Source: Candidatus Marinacidobacterales bacterium (lineage in GTDB: Bacteria; Acidobacteriota; Vicinamibacteria; Marinacidobacterales; SMYC01). From it: 64,000 nt of DNA. The notes below the pieces were generated by a model. It was not told the DNA's origin and made no database searches. It was given only the letters and a program-made list of their open reading frames with translations. The position numbers and the translations under genes are program-made. The DNA is taken from positions 7,616,001 through 7,680,000 of the forward strand of contig OZ250169.1 in assembly GCA_965237955.1 (NCBI GenBank), read 5' to 3'. Below are positions 21,709-32,851 of the stretch, in pieces; position 1 is the stretch's first letter, and the number at the start of each line of letters is the position of its first letter.

Positions 21709-21798
21709 GGCTCTCGGTGGTTCTTGCCATCGGCATGGACTCTATTCTCTAACGGCGTCGTGTCCAGAAATACAAACGAACTCTAAGACCCGCGCGGG

Positions 21799-21865
21799 GC
21801 CGTCGCCGAGTTCATCTATCATTGTCGTGGAGAGCGCAACCATCAAGGGCTTGGCAACGCGTTTG
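21799..21865 (+). pseudogene. Fragment of rve-type integrase C-terminus
   Basis: AVAEFIYHCRGERNHQGLGN matches [20 protein letters not shown] near 40920. Confidence 0.6.
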
Positions 21866-22015
21866 TGTTTTTGGACATGGCGCTCTCGACATCATGGCCC
21901 CGTGACAGGGAAGCTACCAAGCACCCTGGCTTCGACTTCTGGGTTCTCGTCAGCGTCTGAATCGTCGCCATCTCAGCCTCCTGGTCCGGCACACGTCGTG
22001 GCCAGCAAAGCGGGA

Positions 22016-22822
22016 TCACCCCTCCTGTCGGAAAACCTGTATGCGATCGTTTCCGAAGTCCACCACGTAGATGGAGCCGTCTGCAGCGATCGCGACATCC
22101 GTCGGATGCTGGAGTTGGCCTGGCCCGCTACCCGGCTCGCCGAACTCTCCGAGAAACTCGCCCGCCGCCGAGAAGACCTGGACCCGGTGGTTATAAAAGT
22201 CGGCGGTGTAGATGCGACCCTCCGGGTCAACACCCACCCCGGTGGCGACGCGGAACCCGCCCCATCCACCGGGAAGCCCGAGTCCGAGAGGTCCGCCCCA
22301 CTTCGTCCGGAAGCTCCCGTCGGGCCCGAAAATATGGATACGGTTGTTATAAGCATCGGCAGCCACCACCCCGCCGTCCGGCAGGATCGCCATATCCGTT
22401 GGGTAGTGCAGTGCTCCGCTCCAAACCCGTCCCGAGGTGCCCACGATGACCACGAAGCTGCCGTCGGCTCGCAGTCGCTGGACACGATGGTTGTAGAAGT
22501 CGGCGACGTAGACATCGCCGTTCGGCGCCACCACCAGTCCACCCGGCGCATCAAATTCACCAGGGCCGGAACCAGGGCCTCCGAGAACCGAAAGGGGCTC
22601 GCCCGCCAGGGAGAACACCTGGATCCGGTCGTTCAGATACTCCGCCACGTAGAGCTTGCCGTCCCGGGCTTGTATGTGCATCGGCCGGTCCAGCTCTCCC
22701 GAACCATCGCCTTCGTGACCGAACGCACGCAGGAACTTGCCACTACGGTCGAAGACCTCGATGCGTTGGTTTCCGGAATCGCTCACGAAGACTTCCTCAC
22801 CGGCAAGGGCAATCCCGATGGG
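22016..22822 (-). pseudogene. NHL-repeat beta-propeller protein, 5'-truncated
   Basis: Repeats of GSGPG.F..P....IYVAD..N.RIQVF. Confidence 0.8.
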
Positions 22823-22823
22823 A

Positions 22824-23601
22824 GTCGGCCAGGTTGTCGAGGCGCCGGGTGGCGAATTCCCCGAGGGCCAGACGGTTGGCCACGGCGATGGGCGAAATGG
22901 GCCGTCAGTTTGACGGCTCCTACGCCGAGTACACCTGCGTGCCCGCCTCCCAGGTCCAAGCTCTCGAAACGAAGCTTGATTGGAGTACGCTAGCCGCGCT
23001 CCCGGAGATGCTGCAGACCGCGTGGGGCTCGCTCTATACCGCCCTCGAGATCGAGAAGGGTCATACGCTCCTGATTCGCGGCGGTACCACTTCCGTTGGG
23101 CTCGCCGCCGCGGTTCTGGCCAAAAAAGATGGAGCGACGGTCGCGGCAACAACCCGTCGCCCAGAGCGCGAAGCGATGCTTCGCGAGAACGGAGCCGACC
23201 GAGTATTCGTTGACGACGGCGAGCTGGCCGACGTCGTCCGTCGGGTATTTGACGGCGGAGTCGATCGTGTACTGGAGCTGGTCGGAACCACGACTCTGCT
23301 CGATTCGCTGAAAGCGGCGGCTCGTCATGGCGTCGTGTGTATGACCGGAATGGTTGGTAGGAAATGGGACTTCGAGAGGTTCGCCCCTATGGAGGCGATT
23401 CCGACATCGGTCAAGCTCACGACATATGCTGGAGAAGCGCACGGTTTCATGAAAACGCCGCTCCAGGACTTCGTTAGAGAGATCGAGGACGGACGCACCG
23501 CAGTTCGTATCGGTAAGGTGTTTCAGCTCGACGAGATTGTCGATGCGCACCGATGCATGGAAGAGAACCGGGCGCAGGGCAAGATCGTCGTACTTACCTG
23601 A
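22824..23601 (+). pseudogene. Zinc-binding ADH / quinone oxidoreductase (MDR), 5'-truncated and frameshifted
   Basis: [12 protein letters not shown]...(fs)[31 protein letters not shown]. Confidence 0.8.
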
Positions 23602-23777
23602 AGCGCCGCAAGCCTCACGCTGTCGTATTCGGCGTTGATGTCAACCGTCAACCACTGGCGGGGGTCGATGGAAGACCAATGCCACAGAGCACCAGAGCCG
23701 CATAACTGAAAGCGGAGATACCTTTCGTCTTTCGACCCCAGTTACGAACGCTGGACAAGTTGTACTGATGTAATTTA

Positions 23778-26666
23778 TTATTTGCCCTTTTTCAGAATAG
23801 GGTCTGGGCGGATTGTGATTGAGCTCGTGTATGTCTGGCTATTTACGGTTATTTTCACAATATATTCACCTGGTTCTGCATCAAATCCTTGAGCCTGACC
23901 ACCTGTGCCACGACGAAATCTCCGACCGCCAGAAGCAAATTGTTGCAGTGTTTGCTCCAAAAATTCACGTTCACGTTGGGTTCCAACCAGATTAGACAAT
24001 CTCGATCGAGCACTGGAAATTACTCTCTGCCGCTCTTCGTTAGAACTAACCTTGGCGATTTTGTTTCTGAGGCTAAATACTCCCTGCTGAAGAGGTGTGG
24101 GATCAAATTGCATATTCCATATATACCTATTTATTCCGGTTTCGCTTGGAAGAATAACAGTTCTTTTCAAATATCCGGATATGTCAGAAATTTCAAGTTG
24201 AACCTGTGTCCGAGGAGTTGATTTCAAATAATAACTAATTATTCCACCATGGGGTGGATTCTGACCCTGGAAAAAGAAATGACCACGGTAACGAGCGCTG
24301 CCGCGTTCGATGCTTAGCCATCTTATCGCATGACGGCTTTCAAAAAGCCGAGCTTCTGCTGCGAGCACCTCGTCAGTAGCCTGCTGCAGGGGAGTTATAT
24401 CATCGAGGATCCAGATGCCTCTGCCGTGTGTACCTGCAATAAGATCGCCGTCCCGGGGATGGATTACCAGGTCGTGAATGGCTACTGTCGGCAGGTTATT
24501 ATTGAGTTTGATCCATGACCTGCCGCCATTGATTGAATAAAATACAGCGAATTCCGTTCCGACGAAAAGAAGATTAGGATTCTTCAGGTCTTCTTTAATA
24601 ACGTACACGCTGTGTCCGTCGGGAATATTGTTTGAGATATTGGTCCAGGTTTGACCGTAGTCAATAGTCTTGAAAACCCAAGGTTGGAAATTGTCGCTAC
24701 GATGGCCATCGAATGACAGATAAGCGGTACCTTCTTCAAAATGCGATGCCTCTACACGGCTAACCCACAGATCTTCAGGTACTCCCGGAATATTGCTCCG
24801 GACATTTCTCCAGGTGACTCCACCGTCACGTGTAGACTGTACATTTCCATCATCAGTGCCAACCCAGATGAGACCCGCCTTAATTGGAGACTCTGAAATA
24901 GAAATAATTGAGGCGTAATCTTGATATTCTGTGTGGGCAGATTTTCTTTGTGTTTTTGCTGGATCATTTTTTGAAAGATCAGGACTAATAATCTGCCAGT
25001 GATCACCGCGGTCTAAGGTCTTAAACAAATGATTTCCCCCGAAAAAGATGGTTCGCGGATTGTGCGGCGATATCACAATCGGGCTGCTCCAATTGAAGCG
25101 GAAGGCAGTGTCCCATCCCTTTTCTTTCTGTTGTCGTTCGATTGCAGCTGTAATATATTCATCATAATTAACTATATTATGCCGAGTAGGCCTAATTCTA
25201 ATCCATTCTCGAGTTTCGACGTTATACCGCATAATATTGCCGCGTTGGCTCTCAAAATATAAAGTGCGCCAATCGGTTGGGTCAGACTGAGTATGAAATC
25301 CATCAGCAGGTGGGCCGATGTTGAACCAGTGGTCGTTTAAAATACCAATGTCTCTGGAACGTGAAGGACCTCCCCAACTTTCGCTATCCTGCAGCCCGCC
25401 GTACACCCAGTACGGTTCGCGCATGTCGACGCTGATCGCGTAAAACTGGGAAATAACAAAATTATCAAAGTAGATATTGATGTTTCCATGGTCGTGTGTC
25501 AGATAACAACCTCCGTCAGTACCGATATAGTAACGGTCTTTATTATTCGGATCTAACCACATGGCATGATGGTCTCCATGAATGGTCTGAGGGAGATCAC
25601 CGAAAGCTTGTGTGAGGGTTTTCCCACCGTCTTCGGATCTCATATAAGGGCCCGTCAAAACATAAACTCTTTGGTCGTCCAGAGGATTGATATATATGTG
25701 GCTATAATAGTAAGGACGATTGTTATATGTATTCACATATTTCCAGGTTTCCCCATTATCTTCTGACCGATAAACACCAGAACCCGGAACGCTCAGGTCG
25801 TTACTTTCTCTTGCTTCTATTATTGCCATGAGGACTTTTGGATTGCTTCTTGAAATCGCAAGACCAATTTTACCGGTATCACCTTCCGGTAGCCCTTTAT
25901 TAAGTTTTTGCCAAGATTTTCCGCCATTTGTTGTTTTGAAAATACCACCGTTTGGACCACCGCTATCGAAATAGTACGGTTGGCGCAGCCTCTGCCAGAA
26001 ACTAACATAGAGAACATCACGATTTTCTGGATGCATAACAATATCGATCGCACCGGTTTTTCCGTCATCGGGCAGGCCATTCGTCAGTTTTTGCCAGGTT
26101 TTGCCGCCGTCAGTGGTTTTAAATAGTCCACGATCCCCGCTATAACCCCAGGTGTGTCCGGTAGCGGCAACATAAACTATGTCCGGATCGGTTGGATGCG
26201 TTATAATTTTACCAATTGTATGAGTATCCCTTAAGCCCATATTGGTGAAGGTCTTGCCGCCATCGGTTGACTTATATATGCCGTCACCCCAGGCAACACT
26301 GTTTCGGGAGTTCTTTTCTCCTGTACCAATCCAAATGATATTCGGGTTTTTCTGGAAGAACGCAACATCACCGATTGACGCAGAGCCATATTTATCGAAA
26401 ATAGGCTCAAATGTTATACCTGCATTGGTTGATTTCCAGACGCCTCCGGAAGCTGATGCAACCAGCACAGTAGTGAAATCATTATCCAGTGCCTCGATGT
26501 CAGATAAGCGGCCTGATATATTTGCAGGACCAATATTGCGCCACCGCATGTCTTTGATGAGGTTTTCTTCTAAGCTTTTAGCAAATACTGCTCCTGCGAA
26601 CAGGAAGAAAGCTATAGAAGTTAAAAGGATAAAACCTCCGCTCTTGTGAATTTTTGATACTTTCAT
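23778..26666 (-). CDS. Secreted VPS10/BNR-repeat glycosyl hydrolase-like protein, AT-rich
   Basis: Signal peptide, WRNIGP, multiple S/T-x-D-G-G-x-T-W repeats, GGAGG RBS. Confidence 0.85.
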   Translation of the reverse strand: MKVSKIHKSGGFILLTSIAFFLFAGAVFAKSLEENLIKDMRWRNIGPANISGRLSDIEALDNDFTTVLVASASGGVWKSTNAGITFEPIFDKYGSASIGDVAFFQKNPNIIWIGTGEKNSRNSVAWGDGIYKSTDGGKTFTNMGLRDTHTIGKIITHPTDPDIVYVAATGHTWGYSGDRGLFKTTDGGKTWQKLTNGLPDDGKTGAIDIVMHPENRDVLYVSFWQRLRQPYYFDSGGPNGGIFKTTNGGKSWQKLNKGLPEGDTGKIGLAISRSNPKVLMAIIEARESNDLSVPGSGVYRSEDNGETWKYVNTYNNRPYYYSHIYINPLDDQRVYVLTGPYMRSEDGGKTLTQAFGDLPQTIHGDHHAMWLDPNNKDRYYIGTDGGCYLTHDHGNINIYFDNFVISQFYAISVDMREPYWVYGGLQDSESWGGPSRSRDIGILNDHWFNIGPPADGFHTQSDPTDWRTLYFESQRGNIMRYNVETREWIRIRPTRHNIVNYDEYITAAIERQQKEKGWDTAFRFNWSSPIVISPHNPRTIFFGGNHLFKTLDRGDHWQIISPDLSKNDPAKTQRKSAHTEYQDYASIISISESPIKAGLIWVGTDDGNVQSTRDGGVTWRNVRSNIPGVPEDLWVSRVEASHFEEGTAYLSFDGHRSDNFQPWVFKTIDYGQTWTNISNNIPDGHSVYVIKEDLKNPNLLFVGTEFAVFYSINGGRSWIKLNNNLPTVAIHDLVIHPRDGDLIAGTHGRGIWILDDITPLQQATDEVLAAEARLFESRHAIRWLSIERGSARYRGHFFFQGQNPPHGGIISYYLKSTPRTQVQLEISDISGYLKRTVILPSETGINRYIWNMQFDPTPLQQGVFSLRNKIAKVSSNEERQRVISSARSRLSNLVGTQREREFLEQTLQQFASGGRRFRRGTGGQAQGFDAEPGEYIVKITVNSQTYTSSITIRPDPILKKGK

Positions 26667-26730
26667 GACTATTCCTCCAATAATAAAATTAGGCAATTAT
26701 CCCTTTAGAAAAGGATTGTGTAAATAAAAT

Positions 26731-27480
26731 CTGTTGTCCCTTCTATTTATTCATCCGCGCGCGTCGCTATTGATCTTTCTCGCACACCGACGTCAGTATC
26801 CCGGCATGATTTGGTCGCTTCTCTGTTCGCTCATCTCGGCTTTCAAAACGCGCCGCTCACTGGCTCTTGAAAATCTCGCTCTGCGCCAGCAGCTCGCCGT
26901 CCTCCAACGTTCGGTGAAACGACCGCGGTTGTCGAATGTGGACCGTGGTTTCTGGGTGCTGTTGCGAAGATTCTGGACCGACTGGGCCAGGGTCCTCATC
27001 ATCGTGAAGCCCGAGACCGTTGTCCGGTGGCACCGCTCCGGGTTCAAACGCTACTGGACATGGAAGAGCCGGAGGCGTCGGCCGGGTCGACCCGGCGTCG
27101 CTCCCGAAGTACGCGAGCTGATCCGTGACATGTGTCGAGCCAATCCGCTCTGGGGAGCGCCCCGCGTGCACGGCGAGCTCGCGAAGTTCGGCATCTCCAT
27201 TTCCCAGGCCGCCGTATCCAAGTACATGATTCGCCATCGCCGTCCACCGTCTCAGACGTGGCGGAGCTTTCTCGACAATCATGTCAAGGACTTGGTGTCC
27301 GTTGACTTCTTCACGTTGCCAACCGCCACGTTCCGGGTTCTGTTTGTCTTCATCGTCCTTCGTCACGGTCGGCGCCGTATCCTACATTTCAATGTCACGG
27401 AACATCCCACGGCTGAGTGGAGCGCGCAGCAGATCGTCGACGCCTTTCCGTGGGATAGCGCGCCTCGCTTCATGCTGCGG
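26731..27480 (+). mobile_element. Left part of an rve/IS481-like 'integrase core' element; transposase from 26806, truncated
   Basis: ALENLALRQQL, VKPETVVRWH, NPLWGAPRVHGEL, VDFFT; breaks after RFMLR. Confidence 0.8.
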
Positions 27481-27910
27481 GGGTCTCAGCACAAGGTAAA
27501 TTGGCAGACTTAACCCCAAAGAGGAGACGCGATCAGAAACGCTTTGATTGAATTCATCCATTCAACTTCACCGACTGAAGTCGCACTCCAGGATAGCGCC
27601 AGCGTTAAAGACTTCGAGACAGGTGCTCCCCTTATCACCCTGGCTGGCGTGCTCTATGAAAACACGCACCCATCTGTTTTTGCCCGGTTCGTCTTTAACG
27701 ATTTCAGAAACGATGGCGCGCTGTTGAGAAGGTCCGATCCCGATATTATCTACGGTACCAACAAACACGATCCGCATCCCGTCGCTATCGTCGAATCGTG
27801 TCCTTGGATATCTCGTAAGGTGGTGCCGCGACATCGCGGAGCGGGTAGGTGTCTTGTGGGGGCTCAGCGCACGCGACGCTAAGCGCGCACATTGCCGCAG
27901 CCGTGTCATT

Positions 27911-28402
27911 TCACGGGGATAGCGAAATCCATTCCGACTGCGGTGTGTACTCTCGGTAATCGCCATCGCGGTAGGCACGTCCGACCACGCTGTCATGCTG
28001 GGGGCCAGGGCCGAAATCAGTGGGGTTCCATGCGCTAGCTTTGCCTCGATCTGTGAAGAAATAGACGTAATTCGAGTCGCGAAAGTGCTTCTCGGCAGCG
28101 GCCAGAAAATAGGCATGTTCGCGCGGAAAATCGCTATTGATATACACGGCGACACGGGAGCTTCCGTACTTCTGAATCGTTTTGATGTATTCGCATCCAG
28201 CGATCGCGGCCTCGATTTGCGCAGCCTCTGCGGCATATCGTTCAGACTCTACGGCATTTTGTTTTATCGCTTCGGCTTGACGTTCTGCCAGAGGCTTTTC
28301 CAAGGCTTCACGCTTCTTTCGTGTGGCTTCAGCCTGTCCTTCAGGATTACCGCAGGCGACCAAAAGACAGATTGCGACAGCTGCGCCGATCATTCTGGTC
28401 AT
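27911..28402 (-). CDS. Hypothetical lipoprotein
   Basis: LLVAC lipobox, GGAGG RBS. Confidence 0.55.
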   Translation of the reverse strand: MTRMIGAAVAICLLVACGNPEGQAEATRKKREALEKPLAERQAEAIKQNAVESERYAAEAAQIEAAIAGCEYIKTIQKYGSSRVAVYINSDFPREHAYFLAAAEKHFRDSNYVYFFTDRGKASAWNPTDFGPGPQHDSVVGRAYRDGDYREYTPQSEWISLSP

Positions 28403-28534
28403 TTCGAAATCCTCCAACCGCTTGATTGTTTACTTTTTTGCTACCAGAAAAGCAACCGCTCGGGGAGGTGTCAGCTCTGGATTTCGTCTCTAGTTGGAAA
28501 AGGGCGCTTCGTGCCGGTAAGACCCGAGCCGGGC

Positions 28535-28735
28535 GCGGAGTCGCTGAAGCTCGCGCAGGCGCAGCTAGGTCATTCGGACATGGCTACCACGTTGCAGGTC
28601 TACACGCACGCAGTCCCCTCGTCTCAGAGAAACGCTGTGGATCGCCTTGAATCGATTCTGTTCCCAAGTGTTCCCAAGAACGAGAAAGGAGAGTTGGTTG
28701 AAGAAACAGGAAGGCCGCTACCAGCAGTAACTTAA
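28535..28735 (+). pseudogene. C-terminal remnant of a tyrosine integrase
   Basis: AQAQLGHSDMATTLQVYTH box II. Confidence 0.75.
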
Positions 28736-28736
28736 G

Positions 28737-28763
28737 TGGTGGCGGGGGCGGGATTTGAACCCG
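28737..28763 (-). other. tRNA 3'-end fragment (initiator tRNA-Met-like), probable att site
   Basis: Reverse strand CGGGTTCAAATCCCGCCCCCGCCACCA directly after the integrase remnant. Confidence 0.7.
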
Positions 28764-29230
28764 ATCAGGCCAAAATCTTAACTAACTGATGGCGCGCGAC
28801 TTTCGTCACTAAGTGGTTTAGCGCCAGTCCTTCACCATATGAATGGTGCTCTCCAGTCCTCGCAAGTCCTCTGGAATCCTCCCCAGTTTTGGAGACGAAT
28901 TGGAGACAGACTGGTCGACGTACGTTGAATGAGGCTATCAACGACAAGAGCGACGCGCCTGATGCCATTGGCTAGCGTGGTCGCCCGACGGCATGAGCTG
29001 AGCGGCGTGGGAGCGCAAGAGCCGGTTCGCTCTGGCCGACCCCGTCGATGATAGGCGGCGCGCACCGCTCACGGACTCATCACGAAGTCTGGGTAAGGGA
29101 TGCCATGAGCCCTCCCCGTGTGCCCCCAATCTGCGAAACCGCACCCCCGCTCCGACTCGATCAATTGGTCTGTGGCCAGTTGTCCTTAGCCGAAACTCAA
29201 CGTCGCTCTGTACACGTCCCCGCGGGGAGT

Positions 29231-29876
29231 TAAAGTGACCCCCGGCAAAGCCGGGGGCCTATTCATAAGAGCCCCTCGAAGGGGCTGTTCATGAGCCCCC
29301 TAAAGGGGGCGATCTTGCTCCCCAACTACGAGCCCGACCAGTCCATATTCAGCTGGTCCAGACGTTGGTCCTCCTGCTCTTGGAATGTACTTGCGGACCA
29401 TCTCTTCGTCCAAGCCTACGGTCGACACGAAGTAACCGCGTGCCCAGAAGCTTTCGCCGGTGAAGTTGCGTCTGCGTCCGCGGAAGTTCCGTGCCACCGA
29501 GATCGCACTCTTGCCTTTGATGAACCCCACCACGTTCGACACCGCAAACTTCGGTGGGATGCTGATGCACATGTGGACGTGGTCCGACATCAAGTGGCCC
29601 TCCAGAATCCGGGCCTCTTTTTGTTTCGCCAGCTCGTGGAGAATCTTTCCCAGATGCGTTCTGATTGCACCATACATCTTCTTCCTTCGGTACTTCGGGA
29701 TGAACACAACGTGATATTTGCAGTCCCATCGTGTGTGGGATAGGCTCTTGTATTCTTTCACCTTGGTAGTCCTCCTTGTTTGGAAGTTCGCGCTTTCCAA
29801 GGAGGACTTTCTTTCCTACTTCCTTACACGGTCAAACCTCTGGGAGTCACCCCGGCAGAGCCGGGGGTTTACCTCA
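29231..29876 (-). mobile_element. tnpA: IS200/IS605 family element, tnpA only (start 29761), C-terminal frameshift
   Basis: YHVVFIPKYR, DHVH (HUH), FWARGY, KYI; subterminal hairpins CCCCGGC-AAA/AGA-GCCGGGG at both ends. Confidence 0.9.
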
Positions 29877-29938
29877 ATGAATTATCCTTAGCTTTCTCCG
29901 CTGTTCTCCGCGTTCCTGGATAGAATCTCCTATCTGTC

Positions 29939-30877
29939 TCAGTCTTTCAACGTATCCAGTATGGCCAGTTGCTCCTCCAGCGGCTGTTCGAGGAATGCGT
30001 CGAACTCCCGGTAGAATTCATGTTTGTCCTCCATGTCGACGTACTCCGCCAGCGCGGCTTCCCAACCGAGTCTGGACACGGCGGGATAGTACTTGGTGCG
30101 TAGCTCCGCGATGCGCTGCGACTCGGATTCGTGGATCATGAAGGCAACAGCCCAGGCCCCGGCCTGATAGCCGAGGGGGCGATAGTACTTCTTGGCTTCA
30201 TCATCCGCCTTGTCGATATCTTCCATCTGCTCGATACCGAACGGATCGGGAACTTCATGAACGACGGCCATCGCACTGGACAGCATGCTGCGAAGTGTGC
30301 CCCATCCCCTCTTTTCGCCCAGGTAACTGGCAAAAAAGGTAGCACCACCCTCCACCATCCAAGTAGGAGTGAACCCAAAACACTTCTGGAAGACGTGCGT
30401 GTATTCGTGCAGTGCCCCCATGGACAAGCCGACGCCTTTCCCTCGCGGGTTGATGTAGATGATCTCGGCGAACGGTGGATCGCCGACGCCGATCGGGACC
30501 CCCGACGTGTAGAGTTCACCCTGGCCGGACACCGTTTTCTTGATCAACTCAGCTGCTTGATCCTCTCCCGTTCCGTTCCGGAGACGAGTGTACTGGTCGA
30601 TGACCCGTTGATGGAATCCTTCGCTGTCCACTTCGGGATCCTGTTGCCCCAGAACGTACACGTAAACTTGACCATAGTTTCCGAAATAACGTCGCGCCTC
30701 GTCGATACCTTCGCGAATACTAGTGAACAAATCGGAAGCATCCTCTTCGTTGTACAGGTATTGCGGAGGCTCGTACACCGGCCTCCACCACGGAGGGGCC
30801 GGATTGCCCTGGGCCTGGACGTGCTGACCCATAGACGCCATGAATACGAGGAACAAGCCGGCGATGACGATTCTCAT
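29939..30877 (-). CDS. Secreted putative gluzincin metallopeptidase
   Basis: Signal peptide, HEYTH followed by PTWMVEG. Confidence 0.55.
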   Translation of the reverse strand: MRIVIAGLFLVFMASMGQHVQAQGNPAPPWWRPVYEPPQYLYNEEDASDLFTSIREGIDEARRYFGNYGQVYVYVLGQQDPEVDSEGFHQRVIDQYTRLRNGTGEDQAAELIKKTVSGQGELYTSGVPIGVGDPPFAEIIYINPRGKGVGLSMGALHEYTHVFQKCFGFTPTWMVEGGATFFASYLGEKRGWGTLRSMLSSAMAVVHEVPDPFGIEQMEDIDKADDEAKKYYRPLGYQAGAWAVAFMIHESESQRIAELRTKYYPAVSRLGWEAALAEYVDMEDKHEFYREFDAFLEQPLEEQLAILDTLKD

Positions 30878-31114
30878 GGATCGACGGGCAGGAGATTTGA
30901 TTCTCCGTGAGCCTGCCGCCGCGGTCCGGGGTCGGGGGGGTGGCTGGGATAAAGATGTTCGCGGACTCATCCTCGATCTCCCGAGTCACCATCTCCGCCT
31001 GCGGAGGAATGCCTGCGGAGACCTTGGCGCTTTAGAGTTAGCAGTGGCCCGGGGACCACCCCGAAGCCACGTGAATACACTGTGACAGCGGACCCAGATC
31101 TTGTCAAGGCCAAG

Positions 31115-31300
31115 TGAAGTGGACCCCGTTTTCTAGACCAGGGGTTAAGGTGGAAAACGTAGCCTGCTCCATGACAAAGGAGCAGCAAATGAAGAAGACA
31201 CGAACGAAACACAGTCCGGAGTTCAAGGCGAGGATCGAGCTCGGTTGGGTTTGGGAGTATCGCAACTGTTGTGTCATCCAAGGCTGCTGTGACAAATCTC
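31115..31300 (+). mobile_element. IS3 left end with truncated orfA, followed by other IS-end-like fragments
   Basis: TGAAGTGGACCCC end, MKKTRTKHSPEFKARI; then GGGAGTATCGCAACTGTTGTGT (IS256-like). Confidence 0.65.
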
Positions 31301-31449
31301 CGATTTGGGCCCCCCTCCGGCACTCGAACCTAAGCCTGTCGCAGAGCTACACCCCGAGTCGACCTGACGGCTCCTGGCGATATATGCTGCAGCATCGAAC
31401 AGCGTGAAGACATCTGTCCCTGACGATCTGAGGAGTGAGGAGCCGTCTG

Positions 31450-31755
31450 ATGAAACGAGTGATTGTCCGCTACACGGTGAAATCGGATCGAGCAGAGGAG
31501 AACGCGGACTACGTCCGCAAGGTTTTCGCCGCGCTTGCCGCCTCGGCGCCCGGCGGCCTTCGTTACATGACTTTCCAGGCCGACGACGGGGTGTCCTTTA
31601 CCCACATCGCGTCCATTGAGACGGAGGATGGTAGTAATCCTCTGGGCGACACTCCGGCGTTCAAGCAGTTCCAAGCAGATCTCGAGGATCGCTGCAAGGT
31701 CCCACCCGCGGCGACGACGGTGAACCTGGTAGGCAGCTACCGCTTCATGGACTGA
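31450..31755 (+). CDS. Small hypothetical protein (ABM-like alpha/beta barrel?)
   Basis: VRYTVK..RAEEN...VFAAL...GLRY...FTHIA; RBS present. Confidence 0.6.
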   Translation: MKRVIVRYTVKSDRAEENADYVRKVFAALAASAPGGLRYMTFQADDGVSFTHIASIETEDGSNPLGDTPAFKQFQADLEDRCKVPPAATTVNLVGSYRFMD

Positions 31756-31768
31756 CGGTCGGACACCT

Positions 31769-32845
31769 ATGGATTCGCGAGCACCGATCCTGAATGCGGC
31801 CGCCGTTGGGCTGCTCTCCGTTCTCATGACGGCTGATACGAGTCTAGGTTCCGCTCCGCAGGACAACCCGCATCGGGTGGTCTACGAGGGCACCGACGGA
31901 CCCGGCGCTGGCAAACACGTCGTCCTGATCGCCGGCGACCACGAGTATCGGTCCGAAGAGATTCTGCCGGCGCTCGGACGCATCCTCGCAAGGAACTTCG
32001 GGTTCAAGAGCAGCGTCTTCTTCACGCTTGACGACGATGGGTTCATCGAGCCCGGGAGTTCGAAGATGGCGGGCCTCGAGGCGCTACGGACGGCCGACCT
32101 GTTGATCATCGGCCTGCGCTTTCAGGACTTTCCGGCCGAGGAGATGCGGCACGTCGTGGACTACGTCGAGCGTGGCGGCCCGGTCATCGGAATCCGGACC
32201 TCGACGCACGCGTTTCGGATCGAGGACGGGCCCTTTGTGCAATACACGTGGGACAACGAGGACGAGGACTACGCGGGCGGCTTTGGCCGCCAGGTGCTCG
32301 GCGAGACATGGGTCGGACACTACGGCACCAACCACGAGCAGAGTTCGCTGATCGTTCCCGTCGCCGATCAGGTGGGGCACCCGATTCTGCGCGGCGTGCG
32401 CGACGTCCACGTCCAATCCGGCGGCTACCGCGCGGACCCGATCTCTGGCTCGGTGACGCTCGCCCGCGGAACGGTGCTCAACGGCACGGAGGCCGATGCT
32501 CCGCCGGATTCCAACAAGGAGCAGCTTCCCGTCGCATGGACACGCAGCTATGCCGGTGCAGACGGCGCGGCTGCGCGCGTCTTCACCACGACACACGGTG
32601 CGTCCGAGGACTTTCTCAACGCCGGGTTCCGCCGCATGCTGGTCAACGCCGCGCTTTGGGCTGCCGGCCTGGAGGCCGCGATCACCGCAGGCCTCGACGT
32701 GTCGCTCGTTGGCCCGTATCATCCGGTCACATACGGTTTCGACGGCTACCGGCGCGGCGTGCGACCCGCCGACCTGGCCGGATGGGACACGCCCATCATG
32801 GACCCGACCAAGCCGACCCAGGAGCCAACGGGCGGGCGGAGGTAG
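31769..32845 (+). CDS. ThuA-like domain secreted protein
   Basis: VLIAGDHEYRSEE, GIRTSTHAF, PVAWTR, RVFTTT. Confidence 0.75.
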   Translation: MDSRAPILNAAAVGLLSVLMTADTSLGSAPQDNPHRVVYEGTDGPGAGKHVVLIAGDHEYRSEEILPALGRILARNFGFKSSVFFTLDDDGFIEPGSSKMAGLEALRTADLLIIGLRFQDFPAEEMRHVVDYVERGGPVIGIRTSTHAFRIEDGPFVQYTWDNEDEDYAGGFGRQVLGETWVGHYGTNHEQSSLIVPVADQVGHPILRGVRDVHVQSGGYRADPISGSVTLARGTVLNGTEADAPPDSNKEQLPVAWTRSYAGADGAAARVFTTTHGASEDFLNAGFRRMLVNAALWAAGLEAAITAGLDVSLVGPYHPVTYGFDGYRRGVRPADLAGWDTPIMDPTKPTQEPTGGRR

Positions 32846-32851
32846 ACCGAG

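Noticed and set aside
21590-22993. 467-aa plus-strand ORF, and other long antisense ORFs such as 59084-60322 and 60424-61707
   Set aside because: Shadows of GC-rich genes on the opposite strand, with no motifs
23699-23747. attC-like GCATAAC...GTTACGA
   Set aside because: Too short, weak internal pairing, single copy, no IntI
27514-27800. Possible gene fragment after the truncated transposase
   Set aside because: No recognisable family, start or RBS
29231-29876. Possible TnpB/omega-RNA system
   Set aside because: Only tnpA lies between the two end hairpins; no tnpB or iscB
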